A stretch of 62,885 nucleotides of DNA, filler included, from Stramenopiles sp. TOSAG23-2 (Eukaryota), in the NCBI GenBank assembly GCA_900128395.1. It is 45 parts of 45 records of this genome, joined end to end, with 100 filler letters (N's around TTAATTAATTAA, not from the genome) between each part and the next. Parts side by side here need not be neighbours in the genome. Positions count along the whole stretch, not along the records: positions 61,595 to 62,885 come from LT653250.1; 44 more parts are not named here. One strand, given 5' to 3'. Position numbers and translations under genes: made by a program. Shown here piece by piece: positions 61,495 through 62,885 of the stretch (position 1 is its first letter; each line of letters starts with the position of its first letter). Under the pieces are notes generated by a model. The model worked only from the letters and a program-made list of their open reading frames with translations, had not been told where the DNA came from and did no database searches.

Positions 61495-62885
61495 NNNNNN
61501 NNNNNNNNNNNNNNNNNNNNNNNNNNNNNNNNNNNNNNTTAATTAATTAANNNNNNNNNNNNNNNNNNNNNNNNNNNNNNNNNNNNNNNNNNNNGTTGTT
61601 TTTCGTTGTATAAACCTTGTTTCAATAACAATATATGTATATATATGTTCCGTTGTTGTATTGAATTTGCACACACAAACAAACTCGCTCCCATCCGCTC
61701 TCCCAAATTCTTTGTACAATTTTGTGTTGTCAAAATTGCTAAGATGATTGTTGAAAAAAAAATGTTGTTGTTGTTTTTACAGAAATCAGTAGGTGTGTTT
61801 ATTCGTAGACTAAGAATTAATATATATACAACAGGTAAATGGATAAAATTAGTTGTACTTGCAATATTGATGTCATTTCTCTTTATTTCGATAAATGGCA
61901 TCGGGGTTGATCGAAAGTTTATAGAAAGATAATCGTCTTAAAAAATTCACAAGGAAAGTTTAAGGTGGTTATTATGGAAAAATTGTGTATATTAATACTA
62001 TTTATATCTTATTATCGATATTTATAGTGTAAATGAATATTATATAACAATAGCATTGTTGATCCGGCGAGGATGGAATATTTATAATATAATATCCTTA
62101 AAATGAAATGTAAATCTCACCACCATATAAATCCAAGAATCCAACAAGTTTGGCGAGGTTCAATATGCAATGGTATGTCAATAGTAATACAATTCGGATA
62201 TTTCATGATATAACAAAAAGATATTATATATACGAAATGGAATTTTGGAATAATAATTGATTTCTGTTGTTTTTAATACCTATTATGTATGTAGTAATGT
62301 GTGCCGATAGCTACATCCACGATTTATACCTGTTGTGTGGATCGTTATAATTTGGAATATTTAGTAAAAAAATAATGTATCCTGACCACCGTGTTTTGTC
62401 GTTTTCATTTGTTATTATTTGATATTCTAATTTCCCGTTCAAGTATAATTATGTATCATTTGATAGGTAAAATTGAGATTTTGATTTTTGGTTTTAAGGT
62501 TTTTGGTTTGGGTTTTGATATTGTAATTTCCCATTCAAGTATAAATTATGTGTCATTTGATAGGTAATCTTCTAAATAAATATAATAATTGATGTGAATT
62601 ATTTAATTATATATAATTCTATTTGGAAGTGAATTTATTTAATTTGTTTTTTTTTTTTTGATGATCATTTTGTATCATTTTTTATTTCGTCAGATATATA
62701 TGGTTTGTATATCTTAATCTTTTTTTTTTCTTCTCACATTGTTGTTGATAATAAAACATTTTTTCAATTTTTTTTCCCTCTCATCATCATCATCATTATC
62801 ATTATTATAATTATCACCAATAATTAATATTATTATTATATCTATCGAACCAGCAGCATTTTTAGCTGGTTTATGTAGTGGTGTG

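Noticed and set aside
1310-61594. Regularly spaced TTAATTAATTAA repeats as a CRISPR-like or biological array
   Set aside because: Each is embedded in N44 on both sides. It is an artificial six-frame-stop contig linker.
1-62885. Operon or gene-cluster interpretation (e.g. chromatin readers PRMT5, RAMA, Tudor and bromodomain as one system; hisHF with ribH)
   Set aside because: Contigs are ordered by length, so adjacency carries no information
1-62885. Alternative genetic code, tRNA or rRNA genes
   Set aside because: Conserved genes read through in the standard code and end in TAA, TAG or TGA; no tRNA or rRNA signature was recognised

Overview
This window is not one locus. It is 45 short contigs (1309 bp falling to 1291 bp, so size-sorted), joined by an artificial 100-nt linker: N44-TTAATTAATTAA-N44, which has stops in all six frames. 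Gene neighbourhood across linkers is therefore meaningless, and ORF tails such as 'XXXLIN' are artefacts. The DNA is AT-rich and eukaryotic: standard genetic code, (AT)n and (AAT)n microsatellites, Asn-rich proteins, and rare GT-AG introns with ACTAAC branch points. By inference it resembles a heterotrophic marine protist (stramenopile/MAST-like) single-cell or metagenome assembly. Recognisable genes are pyruvate carboxylase, fused HisH-HisF, lumazine synthase, PRMT5, PP2C, a VPS9-domain GEF, SPX-EXS (XPR1-like), MED4, a NAT8-like GNAT, an Rv2258c-type methyltransferase, kinases, ankyrin proteins, and bromodomain/PHD and Tudor/MBT proteins. The most interesting signals are: (1) an unnamed paralogous protein family on two contigs, sharing LCELFxPY and CxGYxH blocks and poly-Arg-Leu (RRL) sites, one member ending RRRRLL...GC; (2) a TPLATE (TSET complex)-like gene hidden by two introns; (3) a RAMA-domain protein; (4) a gene-dense virus-like contig; (5) a bacterial-type HisH-HisF fusion; (6) a nested inverted-repeat element. 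All family assignments come from motif recognition by eye; no searches were run.
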